A DNA stretch of 35,947 nt, taken from positions 1-35,947 of the forward strand of contig DALYKF010000031.1 in assembly GCA_031969515.1 (NCBI GenBank), read 5' to 3'. The translations under genes were made by a program, and so were the position numbers. The notes under the pieces are model-generated. The model saw only the letters and a program-made list of their open reading frames with translations. It did not search any database and was not told the origin of the DNA. The DNA comes from Coleofasciculaceae cyanobacterium CTOTU46641. Its GTDB lineage: Bacteria > Cyanobacteriota > Cyanobacteriia > Cyanobacteriales > Coleofasciculaceae. This document shows, piece by piece, positions 10,446-18,879 of the stretch. Numbering within the stretch: position 1 is the first letter of the stretch; each line of letters starts with the position of its first letter.

Positions 10446-10572
10446 CCCAGCCTACGGCGAACTTGCGATAGCGAAGCGCTGCTGCGAAGCGCAGATCGCA
10501 CTGGACAGCACACAAGCGATCGCTCTTCATATTGCTTGTTGGTTGAGAAACTGAGTTACTGCTTCCACTCCC
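10446..10572. repeat. Composite repeat, B-type unit copy B1 (contains HIP1 sites)
   Basis: cctacggcgaacttgcgatagcgaagcgctgctgcgaagcgcagatcgcactggacagcacacaagcgatcgctcttcat...gagaaactgagttactgcttccactc. Related copies are at 11221-11312, 12431-12573 and 13379-13402. Confidence 0.8.
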
Positions 10573-10589
10573 CTCAACAAAAGGGCTTG

Positions 10590-10778
10590 TTAGCTGGCGG
10601 TTGTATTCAGTAGTAACCATTCTACAAATGCCTCCCGCCCTAGCTCCCCCGATGCGATCGCCAACACCACACGCTCTTGTTCATCTACACAGACGTTAAT
10701 TTCCATTCCATTCAGCACAAGAAAAGTCTCTACGGCAGCATGACCTGTACGTTTGTTTCCATCAGAAACCGCATTATG
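10590..10778 (-). pseudogene. Doc/Fic-family (death-on-curing) toxin remnant, C-terminal half only
   Basis: The translation HNAVSDGNKRTGHAAVETFLVLNGMEINVCVDEQERVVLAIASGELGREAFVEW matches the Doc motif region (HxFx[DN]GNKRT...LNG) and the C-terminus. The frame closes with TAG immediately upstream, and the N-terminal approximately 65 aa are missing. Confidence 0.55.
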
Positions 10779-10989
10779 CTAAACACTGATACAATTGAGC
10801 ATTCTTTGTCAACACATAATTAGCTGCTTCAACAAACTCGCTCTTTTGAGAGTTGAGCCAATCCTCCAAGCTTGCCTTCAATAACACTTCGAGTGCAATC
10901 CCATGCACTGTTGCCAAATCTTGTAGCTTTTGGAATTGGGTGTCTGAAAGGTCAAGGGTAATAGAAGCCAAAGCGATCGCTCTCCTCAT
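10774..10989 (-). CDS. Ribbon-helix-helix (CopG/Phd-like) antitoxin
   Basis: 71 aa. The N-terminal ITLDLSDTQFQKLQDLATVHGIALEVLLKASLEDWL is RHH-like. It sits directly 5' of the Doc remnant. Confidence 0.6.
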   Translation of the reverse strand: MRRAIALASITLDLSDTQFQKLQDLATVHGIALEVLLKASLEDWLNSQKSEFVEAANYVLTKNAQLYQCLA

Positions 10990-11090
10990 GTTTCTGGGTT
11001 AAGTCTAGCATCTACCCCCAATTGGCAGCCTCGTTGTGCAGTCCCAACCCAGGAACGAAGCCAGCTAAGAATCTCCTCGCCTAGGGTTTG

Positions 11091-11312
11091 GTGAAAGGAA
11101 ACGATCGCCCTCTCATTTTATCTTGGCAATCACGTCCACGGTCACAGCCGTCCAGTGCGATCGCGCTTCTAGTTAGTACTGCCAAGAAAAGCGATGCTGG
11201 GTTTCCTTTTGTCAACTCAGCCTACGGCGGTAGGCGATTGCCCTGGACGGCACACAAGCGATCGCTCTTCATATCGCTTGTTGGTTGAGAAACTGAGTTA
11301 TCGTTTCCACTG
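11091..11312. repeat. Composite structured repeat A1+B2 (about 220 bp, imperfect terminal inverted repeats GTGGAAACGAT)
   Basis: The A unit (11091-11220) is almost identical to 13249-13378. The B unit (11221-11312) is related to B1/B3. The A and B arms are partly reverse-complementary (gtccagtgcgatc.gcgcttc). Confidence 0.8.
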
Positions 11313-11339
11313 TGTTGTTAGACCGTGCCTCACGGAACA

Positions 11340-11729
11340 CTACCGATTTACCAATCCTTGCAGTTCACTGATGTCGATATCGAGTCCTTGACGCTTCAGA
11401 TATTGATTCAGATTGATCTGGATGAATAAATCTTTGAGTTCTTCTGCAATCTCTGGGGGTGGACTGCCAGATAATGCCGTTGCGATTAGGCGTTCTGCGG
11501 CTCGTAACTCACCACATTCGATCGCGAGAGATGCAGCGCTACGATGAAGGACAGAGCGAGTGGGTTCAGCATCGAGAACACTAGCAATTAAATTGGCAGC
11601 TTGGGTTTCTTGTTCAAAGGCTTGGCGTGTTAACTGTGCCGCCTGTTCGATCGCACCTCTTAAACGGGCAACTGCCGCTGCTTCGGCTAAATCCATTGCT
11701 TGTTGGTGAAGCGTTTGAATCTGGTTCAT
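11340..11729 (-). CDS. Hypothetical alpha-helical protein (129 aa), downstream gene of a two-gene cassette
   Basis: Ala/Gln-rich helical ORF. It overlaps the upstream 189-aa gene by 4 nt. No recognisable motif. Confidence 0.5.
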   Translation of the reverse strand: MNQIQTLHQQAMDLAEAAAVARLRGAIEQAAQLTRQAFEQETQAANLIASVLDAEPTRSVLHRSAASLAIECGELRAAERLIATALSGSPPPEIAEELKDLFIQINLNQYLKRQGLDIDISELQGLVNR

Positions 11730-12295
11730 TGAAGTAAGGCTCCTTCGGGATTCTGTTTTGCGCTAACAACAGAAATTGGGCGGCTGAACTCTACCACAAT
11801 GATATAGGCTGGCAACCCTTCTGCATCAGATGCGCCAGTTTGTTCAGTTTTCTGCTTGACTCTGGCATTGATCTGACTCCGATTCCCCTTGCGAATTCCA
11901 GAAACCTCCAATCGAGCCATACGCTGGAACGGCAGCAGTGTGCTTGAATCTTGGCTCCCCAGCCAGTAGTCAAATCCAGTTCCCTTACGAGAACGTTCAA
12001 TCACCGTCAGATTGGTCAATTGCAGAATTAATAGGAATGCAATGCCATAAGCCGCTTGCTCGGTCGTATATTCGTCATCATTCCAGCATCGCCTTGCTTG
12101 TTCCGTAACGGGCTGCCAATCTAACTGGAACCGAGCGGAAAATTCTCCTTCGACTTCGAGGATTACTCCTGGCTCATGGGTTTCATCCGTTAGACAAATT
12201 GCACCCGCTTCTGCGATCGCGGCTCCAAAAGCGGGCGTGATTGCAGGAAGCCCTTGATTAAGGCGTTGTAAGTTTAAGATTTGATACTGGCTCAA
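11726..12295 (-). CDS. Hypothetical protein (189 aa), upstream gene of the two-gene cassette
   Basis: Intact ORF bracketed by composite repeats. No family recognised by eye. A possible D...E-x-K-like region (GFDYWL...RLEVSGIRKG) is speculative. Confidence 0.5.
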   Translation of the reverse strand: MSQYQILNLQRLNQGLPAITPAFGAAIAEAGAICLTDETHEPGVILEVEGEFSARFQLDWQPVTEQARRCWNDDEYTTEQAAYGIAFLLILQLTNLTVIERSRKGTGFDYWLGSQDSSTLLPFQRMARLEVSGIRKGNRSQINARVKQKTEQTGASDAEGLPAYIIVVEFSRPISVVSAKQNPEGALLQ

Positions 12296-12430
12296 AACGG
12301 TGTTGCCCTATAGAAACTAGAGGCTCAATTTTACTTGCGATCGCTACAGCTTGAGTCGCTGGCAATAATTTTGCCTTGATTGCCTTCTTCGACTTGGGGG
12401 CACGCCTGAAACTCATAAATCTCGTCGCCC

Positions 12431-12573
12431 CAACCTACGGCGAACTTGCGATAGCGAAGCGCTGCTGCGTTCGCCCTTGGCGTTGCCGAAGGCTAGCGCA
12501 GATCGCACTGGACGGCACACAAGCGATCGCTCTTCATATCGCCTACTGGTTGAGAAACTGAGTTACCGCTTCC
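12431..12573. repeat. Composite repeat, B-type unit copy B3
   Basis: Near-identical to B1, with a 25-nt insertion (ttcgcccttggcgttgccgaaggcta). Confidence 0.8.
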
Positions 12574-12609
12574 ACTCTCTTCGACGAGACGACTTGTTAG
12601 CTGACGGCG

Positions 12610-12999
12610 CTACTCCAGACACTGAAATCCCTTTTCCCCCTTCAATTTGCCATCGAAGCTTACGGTTTGTGTGCAACCCGCCTGTCGAGATACCGCCCCA
12701 ATCAAATAGTCAGAGAAATCAGCCTTGCCCTGCTTGTATCGCTGTAGAGCCTGGTCAATCGTTGAGCGGTTTTCAAATTCAAAAGCCGCACTATGCAACA
12801 TGGACTCCAGGACACTGACGATCTCGTCTTTATGAAAGCCATAATTTGCGCCCCTAAGTACCCAAACCAACTCACACAGAACGATATTGGTGATAAAGCA
12901 AGGCTGATTCTGCTGAATGACTGTAACGGCTTGTTGCCATTGCTGCTCATCATCTCTGGTGAGGTATCGAACGAGGATGTTGGTATCAAGTCCAATCAT
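12610..12999 (-). CDS. vapC: PIN-domain toxin (VapC family)
   Basis: MIGLDTNILVRYL is the PIN N-terminal motif. The likely start is the internal Met at 12999; the ORF track extends to 13020. It overlaps the antitoxin gene. Confidence 0.75.
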   Translation of the reverse strand: MIGLDTNILVRYLTRDDEQQWQQAVTVIQQNQPCFITNIVLCELVWVLRGANYGFHKDEIVSVLESMLHSAAFEFENRSTIDQALQRYKQGKADFSDYLIGAVSRQAGCTQTVSFDGKLKGEKGFQCLE

Positions 13000-13231
13000 T
13001 CGCGCCCTCGGAAATGGCAATTTCCATATCCTCGAGGGAAGCTCGTTGAATGTTGGGTCGATGGAGAATGCCGGATAGGGTTTCTACGGCAACATTGAGG
13101 GGAAAAATTTTGACTTGACCTTCGTTGTCAATCACAAACTCGACTCGGCTACCGCTTACCAGCTTGAGATGCTGCCGAATTTCTTCAGGCAGGGTAATTT
13201 GTCCGGTATCGGTAACTGTTGTACTGAGCAT
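12986..13231 (-). CDS. vapB: AbrB/MazE/SpoVT-type antitoxin (VapB)
   Basis: 81 aa. TGQITLPEEIRQHLKLVSGSRVEF is a swapped-hairpin AbrB-type DNA-binding motif. It is immediately 5' of the PIN gene. Confidence 0.7.
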   Translation of the reverse strand: MLSTTVTDTGQITLPEEIRQHLKLVSGSRVEFVIDNEGQVKIFPLNVAVETLSGILHRPNIQRASLEDMEIAISEGANDWT

Positions 13232-13248
13232 AGTTAGGGTGACTGCAA

Positions 13249-13402
13249 GTGAAAGGAAACGATCGCCCTCTCATTTTATCTTGGCAATCACGTCCACGGT
13301 CACAGCCGTCCAGTGCGATCGCGCTTCTAGTTAGTACTGCCAGAGAAAAGCGATGCTGGGTTTCCTGTTGTCAACCCAGCCTACGACGAGCTTGCGATCG
13401 CA
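13249..13402. repeat. Composite repeat A2 plus truncated B unit
   Basis: It matches 11091-11225 with about 4 mismatches over 130 nt, followed by cctacgacgagcttgcgatcgcac. Confidence 0.8.
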
Positions 13403-13486
13403 CTTTTTTTCTAGCGATCGCTTGACAATTAAGACAGTTGCTACAAGATTAAAATCATATTTTTCCTATTACAAGACAGCAAGATT

Positions 13487-13639
13487 AAAATTCCCTTTTG
13501 CCTAGCATTTCTTTTGCAATCTCCTTACATTTTTCATCTAGTGCATCCTCGTACTTAGATCTTAATGATTTTTCCGTAGGAATTTCTTCTAACCGTTTTT
13601 TCAAATCATCTGTTTGTGGCTTATCTGAATTTTGCATTT
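13487..13639 (-). CDS. Small hypothetical ORF (50 aa) downstream of the NACHT cluster
   Basis: Read by hand: MQNSDKPQTDDLKKRLEEIPTEKSLRSKYEDALDEKCKEIAKEMLGKREF. It is below the ORF-track cutoff, lies in an AT-rich region, and is weakly supported. Confidence 0.2.
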
Positions 13640-13693
13640 TTTCTATTTCTCATCTGTCAGTCGCTTATAAGCAAGAGCGTTAGTAAGCTAATT

Positions 13694-14257
13694 TTAAACA
13701 TCAAATCCATACCTCTCTTTCAAAAAAGCTCTTGTTTTTTCGTCAGGACTTTCCCCATAGCAAGAAGCAACAACTTCTCCATAATCTTCTAAATCAATTG
13801 ACTCAGTTGAATTTAATGCTTGTAGGAATCTTTGTTCAGCAGAAGGATGGATGAGGACAAAATAATATGCCCAACGTCCAGTACTGTCTTTAGCTTTAAG
13901 CTTATGAATTAAATGACCTCGACTTGCAATATGCCGATTAAGATAAGTATCGCCATCAGATGAGGTCGTGCTGTTTCCTTGATTCTTTTCCTGCTCCCAT
14001 TGTTCTAGTTGTAGGAGTGCATGATTGACTGCATCTCGAACCTGATTATTCTCATGCTCCTTCATATTTTCAAGAATTTTCTTCCCTTCAAGGTTTTCCA
14101 CTCCTGCCAATGTATAGGCATAGGCATCAAGGTCAATTTGTTCCCCCTTGCCAAGATTAAGCTGATCCCGAAGAGCATTCACATCTCCCATCCCAACTAA
14201 GGCGAGGAGACAACGGGCGTGCAAGTCATAACCACTGATGTTCTTCTTTGCCATCAT
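13694..14257 (-). CDS. Hypothetical protein with N-terminal HEAT-like repeat, co-transcribed with the NACHT gene
   Basis: 187 aa. It overlaps the NACHT gene stop by 4 nt. The N-terminus resembles a PBS-lyase HEAT repeat (ALVGMGDVNALRDQL...VRDAVNHALLQL). The C-terminal domain is unknown. Confidence 0.55.
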   Translation of the reverse strand: MMAKKNISGYDLHARCLLALVGMGDVNALRDQLNLGKGEQIDLDAYAYTLAGVENLEGKKILENMKEHENNQVRDAVNHALLQLEQWEQEKNQGNSTTSSDGDTYLNRHIASRGHLIHKLKAKDSTGRWAYYFVLIHPSAEQRFLQALNSTESIDLEDYGEVVASCYGESPDEKTRAFLKERYGFDV

Positions 14258-17004
14258 TCATCTCCTTTGCTATTGATTGAAGTGTTTATGATTTGTGTTA
14301 AGGATGATATGACTTGTTCGCCTCCGATCAATGTTAAATAGACCAAAGCTTCATCTCGATCTTCATTGGTTAGCAAATCATCCTGAAAGGCTTTTAGCAG
14401 TGGTTCTATCATTTCGGGGACAAAACAGCCTAATCGACCCATTGCGATCGCGACTAATTGCTTAGGGCTTTCCGGGATATCTGAAGTAATGAGAGATTGT
14501 AGAACTTGAGTATCCTGCGGACGGTGAATCGGCGTAATCAGGGGTAAATCTTTGTGGGGCTTTCTTCCATCTGCAACAGTTGCCCACTGCCTAATCCAGT
14601 CATCAACTTGATTAAAGACAAGCGTTTCAGTTCCACAAACACTCAAAATCAAAGCCGCCCACGTTCGAGAATAGGCATCGCGCCTATCATCTGTTACAAT
14701 TTGCCGTAAGACCTCAAGTTCTTCTTCATTAAAGCGGTAAGCTGTATAGGTGTGGCATGTCTTGGCGCTTGTTAACCATCCCAAAGCCCACAGCACTGCA
14801 AATGAAATAGCCTCATGTTCGCCGCTCTCCTTTGCGGTTTCCAACAATAAGCCTACAGTTTTTGGCAAGAGAGAATCGGGGAGGAAGTCAATCCTGATGT
14901 TAGAGTTCAGTACTTGGGTTCGATAGAATGCGTTCATTAGTTTAAGTGCTGCATCAGCACGGATTTTGATCGAGTTATTATCCTGTAACTTTGTCAAAAG
15001 AGGCTCCAATATCTCGAATGCATTATCCGCGTTAAGCACGTCACCGCTTGTCGTTGCCATCGAGTAAACAGCCCCGATCCTGCTCCGGCGGTTGCCACAG
15101 TATTTTACAAAGCTTTGCAACATCCGTTTTCGGCATCGTTCTGCAAAGCAAGAGCGCATGAGAGAGTACAGAACTTCATCCATGAGTGTGTTCTGTTTTG
15201 TGTTGAACCCATCCAATCTGTTTAGATTATCTGTAGCTGCATCGATGACGGCATCAACGGTTTCACCACTCACATCGGGTTCTTCGACTAGGGTTTGTAG
15301 CGCAAAGATGGATAAAGCACGAGCTTCCCTTTCAGCAGTGAGAGGCGAAGGGAGTAGCATTAACATTGCATCATCAGCAGTGATACCACTTTTTCCGAAT
15401 TTACCGTCTTTTCGACGAGGTAAGGAACCAATACAAAAGCGAATGACTTCCTGCCAATAACCGGCAGTTACAGGTTCTGTTTTTGTTACAAGTCCCCAAA
15501 AATCGACTTTTCTCTCTGCAATTTCAATCTCATGCACTAGCTGGTGCAAGCGCTGTAGAACTTCTACCCCTTCAGAGAAAATACGACCATTCAGTAATGC
15601 CTGGGCTGCAAAATACTCCTGGAACGATTGATGAAAAAATTGGACTTCATCGCAATCCATTTGGTCTCGTATACTAGTTCCTGCAATGGTTAGCAACCCA
15701 ATCTGGCTGAGAACTAAGTCATACCATTCTTCAGGAGAATACCGCTGTATTCTGCTTGTTGCTTTGTTGGCATAAAACTCTTCGATCGCTTCAATCACCT
15801 GTGACTCTTGCCAGTGTTGAGCACCATCCAAGCGCATCTGGTAAGCAAGGTATTCCAGGTGAGGCAGGATTTCATTATTGGGTTTGCTGACATAGCGGTC
15901 GTCCGAAATAGGACGACGTTTAATCATCAAGTCTACTGCTCGACGATAGAAATCTCCCCTCCGATCACGTGGCGAAATACTGTCTTGGAGCGCTAATTGA
16001 GTGATGAGAGTGAGGGGAAATACGTTTTCGCATAGGGTGGCTACTCTGCGGTCACTACAAACAAAAGATTCGAGAGCATTGGATAGAGATGCCTTTCCTA
16101 GAAATTTTGCAAAGTTCTGAGCAAATTCTTTCTTCTCAGAGCCTCTCAGAGGCGCTACATTAATGTGCTTGAAGGAACGCAGTGAGTCTGCGATAGTATT
16201 GAATCCAAAAACTCTAGAGGTGAGAACGATCGGGATTGGTTCATGGATGTTCGCAATCAGTTGAGCAAGCTGCCGTCGTTTCCGACTGGATGGAATTTCA
16301 TCCAGTCCATCGACTAGAAGTAAAACCTGTCCTTCTGACATTTTCTGTTCGAGCAGATCTGTCAGTAAGCGACGAGGCTCATTAGCGTGATAACCCAACT
16401 TTTGTAGTTGATACTCGATTAAATGGCTCAAACTGCACTCAAAGTCAGTGGCTAGCAGATCGCGACAGAATAGAACCACAGGTATCCAAGATTGATCCGG
16501 TAATGCCGCTTGATTTTCAGAGATTCTAGTCGAATCCTCTGTATGCAAAGGTGACAATGGATGCTTATCGAAATAACTATAAGCCAGAAAACGTAGAAGA
16601 GTTGTCTTACCACAACCCGGATCTCCCACGATTACTAATCGGGCTTCTGACGCTAACTGACTACTGATTTTGCAAACGGTTGGCTCTGGTTGTTGCAAGA
16701 GGTGCCGGATCGGCGATCTATCAAAACGCAAGGCACTCGTAAAGCTATCGCGGAATTGCTGATGAACTTGTTCTACATCAGTTGATTCAAGTTGAAAAAT
16801 TTGGCGCAGTGTAGATTGCTCAACCCGTTGGACATTGGTGGTGCTATTCCTGGCTGATGGGTTGTCTTGTTCAACATCTGTTTCAAGAAGAACGGAATCA
16901 GGGCGAGGATCGTAAGTCAGCAGCAATGGTAAATCGATGTATAGATCTTCGATCGGGAAATCGGCTGATCCAACTTGCTGTTGAATCAACAGTCCAACCT
17001 CCAT
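14254..17004 (-). CDS. NACHT-family STAND NTPase with C-terminal HEAT/ARM-like repeats
   Basis: 916 aa. Walker A is LVIVGDPGCGKTTLL. Walker B is VLLLVDGLDEI. An approximately 130-aa N-terminal region of unknown function precedes the NTPase. The C-terminal region is a long helical repeat. Confidence 0.8.
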   Translation of the reverse strand: MEVGLLIQQQVGSADFPIEDLYIDLPLLLTYDPRPDSVLLETDVEQDNPSARNSTTNVQRVEQSTLRQIFQLESTDVEQVHQQFRDSFTSALRFDRSPIRHLLQQPEPTVCKISSQLASEARLVIVGDPGCGKTTLLRFLAYSYFDKHPLSPLHTEDSTRISENQAALPDQSWIPVVLFCRDLLATDFECSLSHLIEYQLQKLGYHANEPRRLLTDLLEQKMSEGQVLLLVDGLDEIPSSRKRRQLAQLIANIHEPIPIVLTSRVFGFNTIADSLRSFKHINVAPLRGSEKKEFAQNFAKFLGKASLSNALESFVCSDRRVATLCENVFPLTLITQLALQDSISPRDRRGDFYRRAVDLMIKRRPISDDRYVSKPNNEILPHLEYLAYQMRLDGAQHWQESQVIEAIEEFYANKATSRIQRYSPEEWYDLVLSQIGLLTIAGTSIRDQMDCDEVQFFHQSFQEYFAAQALLNGRIFSEGVEVLQRLHQLVHEIEIAERKVDFWGLVTKTEPVTAGYWQEVIRFCIGSLPRRKDGKFGKSGITADDAMLMLLPSPLTAEREARALSIFALQTLVEEPDVSGETVDAVIDAATDNLNRLDGFNTKQNTLMDEVLYSLMRSCFAERCRKRMLQSFVKYCGNRRSRIGAVYSMATTSGDVLNADNAFEILEPLLTKLQDNNSIKIRADAALKLMNAFYRTQVLNSNIRIDFLPDSLLPKTVGLLLETAKESGEHEAISFAVLWALGWLTSAKTCHTYTAYRFNEEELEVLRQIVTDDRRDAYSRTWAALILSVCGTETLVFNQVDDWIRQWATVADGRKPHKDLPLITPIHRPQDTQVLQSLITSDIPESPKQLVAIAMGRLGCFVPEMIEPLLKAFQDDLLTNEDRDEALVYLTLIGGEQVISSLTQIINTSINSKGDE

Positions 17005-17094
17005 CCGCGAATAGCGGTCAGCTTCTTGCTTTAAATATCTGACTAATGCCTGTTGGGTTCTTTCCTTTATCCGTTCCCGTCCGGACGACTCCAG

Positions 17095-17553
17095 TCAATC
17101 TTCAGGCTGAGCACCAAAGTAAAACTTGGCATTTGAACCCGTCTGAATCACCTGAGATTTGGGATCATTCACCTGCAAACCCTGTCCAGTAAAAATTTGC
17201 TGCACATTTCTAGCATTTACCTCATCAAACCGGACTAGGACTTGATAAATCTCTTGCGCTATTGGTTGCACCATGCTGACGAATTCAGGATTCTCCATTT
17301 CCTTGAGCAGATAATCCTGGATTTGTTTAAGTTCTGGTTCAGATCCTTTTGCAGCAGCCTCTAAAACCTTATCGGCTCGTGGTTTTCCTTTGAAACACCA
17401 ATTCCACACCACCTGTCCCAACTTCTGAATTTGTGCAGAGGCTGCTTCTACAAGCTTTTCACCTAATTTGCTGCCTGCACCTTCATAAAGTTTGTCCAAA
17501 ATGATTTTGGCGATTGGGGCTGCTAAGACTGGAGTGATAATTGGATCAAGCAT
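17095..17553 (-). CDS. Hypothetical helical protein (152 aa) immediately upstream of the NACHT gene
   Basis: Intact ORF 90 nt upstream of the NACHT gene on the same strand. No motif recognised. Confidence 0.5.
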   Translation of the reverse strand: MLDPIITPVLAAPIAKIILDKLYEGAGSKLGEKLVEAASAQIQKLGQVVWNWCFKGKPRADKVLEAAAKGSEPELKQIQDYLLKEMENPEFVSMVQPIAQEIYQVLVRFDEVNARNVQQIFTGQGLQVNDPKSQVIQTGSNAKFYFGAQPED

Positions 17554-17702
17554 ACGGTTTAAGGAATAGAGGTCACGTTATCTGTTCTACACTATTGCTG
17601 TCGCAACATCCATTGTCTTGCTAATCGTCTCATCTAAACTTGTGCTTTTGAATACCAAAAGACGAATTTTCAGCTACACCCTACCGGGACATGAAGCAAC
17701 AT

Positions 17703-17769
17703 AACTATTATTAGACAGAAACTTTCCGCCTAAGATCCCATAGTGGGTGGATAGGCAGAATGATTCAGC
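17703..17769. repeat. 67-bp direct repeat, left copy, bounding the PanA islet
   Basis: aactattattagacagaaactttccgcctaagatcccatagtgggtggataggcagaatgattcagc. It matches 19422-19488 with about 7 mismatches. Confidence 0.8.
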
Positions 17770-17879
17770 ATAACACCCAAAATTTAATACTTATGCAGAT
17801 TATTTCTGCAAAATACGCTGCTCAAGCTGAATAACCAGAATCTTTCCGCATATTTTCAGATTCCTTACGGAGGTGAGAG

Positions 17880-18120
17880 GGGCAGGTTTCTGCTTCGACA
17901 CAAAATCAAGCCCTCAGTGCCTTGCTATTTCTCTATCGTGAAGTACTCAATCTTAACATGGCAGGCATTGATGCTGTTCGAGCCAAAGGACCTCAGTCTG
18001 TGCCAACCGTGTTGACCAAATAGGAAGCGATCGCAGTAATCCAACAGTATGTCATTGGTCGTGCGGTTCTACAAATTTATCCTCTTACGCACTTTCAGGG
18101 TCTGTTTTGATGGTGAAGTT
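17880..18120 (+). pseudogene. Possible degraded tyrosine recombinase/integrase fragment
   Basis: The translation ALSALLFLYREVLNLNMAGIDAVRAKGPQSVPTVLTK*EAIAVIQQY loosely fits the integrase patch LLY.TGLR.SEL..L...D.D.....V.R.KG.K.R.VPL. It has an in-frame stop and is weakly supported. Confidence 0.25.
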
Positions 18121-18164
18121 GAGCGGCTGTAAGCAAGCTCTGTATCTACACCAAGAGCTTTTAG

Positions 18165-18188
18165 AAGTCCGCTCCAACCGAATTGTTA
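18165..18188. repeat. Short dispersed repeat, copy 3 (agtccgctccaaccgaattgttag)
   Basis: It shares its core with copies at 7552 and 9603. Confidence 0.6.
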
Positions 18189-18264
18189 GACAGAGTAATT
18201 TAAAGCATCTTATGAAAGAATAAAATCTATAAATGGAGCGAAACGTATTGAATGAGACTTACAC

Positions 18265-18879
18265 TCAAGGTACTGGATATATTTTGTGATACCTTTCCCA
18301 CCAAACCAAATAAAAATGCCCTTGTAGCTTTATACCCCAAGCTCTGATGGTATTAGCAAATCTAAACCGAAAAGCCGTATCGTATTCTTCTAAACCGATT
18401 TCGATCCACCTATCCTGAGCTTCTTGCACCAAAGTAGTTAGCTCTTGATGGTGATGCTTAGGTACAGTTTTACCACCCTTAGCAGGTGTTTTTTGCTCAA
18501 ATAAGATTTCAGACCAAGTTGATTTTTCCAACAAACTAAAATTTGGAAGTATTTGGGTTTGCCATTCTTCCTCAGTCCAACATCTTTGTTCTCGCCATGA
18601 CCACTCTCCTTCCAAGTCAGACACAGTAGTACACCAAGTCAAGTTACAAGTTATTGCAAATGATTCTTCGCTAGGAAGATATAAAGACTTATTTTTACTT
18701 GGCTCTTCCTGAACCTTAACGACCTTCAAGGAAAGTTCAGGTATTGGCGCTATTTTCACAGTTTTGGTTACCAAATTTTCCACGCTAGACGAAAATCTTA
18801 CCGACTTTGCCTTGCGTGCCTGAGCTTTTTCTTCTTGCCTTTGCTTCCTTCTCTCAGCTTTGGAAGGTTTATCCGTCAT
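18265..18879 (-). CDS. Hypothetical protein (204 aa), candidate toxin partner of the Panacea-domain antitoxin
   Basis: Overlaps the upstream PanA-like gene by 4 nt. It has a basic N-terminus (KAERRKQRQEEKAQARKAK) and a Trp-rich C-terminal domain. No known family recognised. Confidence 0.55.
   Translation of the reverse strand: MTDKPSKAERRKQRQEEKAQARKAKSVRFSSSVENLVTKTVKIAPIPELSLKVVKVQEEPSKNKSLYLPSEESFAITCNLTWCTTVSDLEGEWSWREQRCWTEEEWQTQILPNFSLLEKSTWSEILFEQKTPAKGGKTVPKHHHQELTTLVQEAQDRWIEIGLEEYDTAFRFRFANTIRAWGIKLQGHFYLVWWERYHKIYPVP

Noticed and set aside
10303-10620. 105-aa ORF overlapping composite repeat B1
   Set aside because: Its N-terminal two-thirds is a translation of the non-coding B repeat. 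The same peptide string recurs wherever the repeat occurs (also ORFs 11194-11391 and 12477-12818). The unique C-terminal 45 aa have no support.
12702-13098. 97-aa and 101-aa ORFs overlapping the PIN/AbrB pair
   Set aside because: They are alternative-frame or antisense ORFs inside a well-supported VapBC module.
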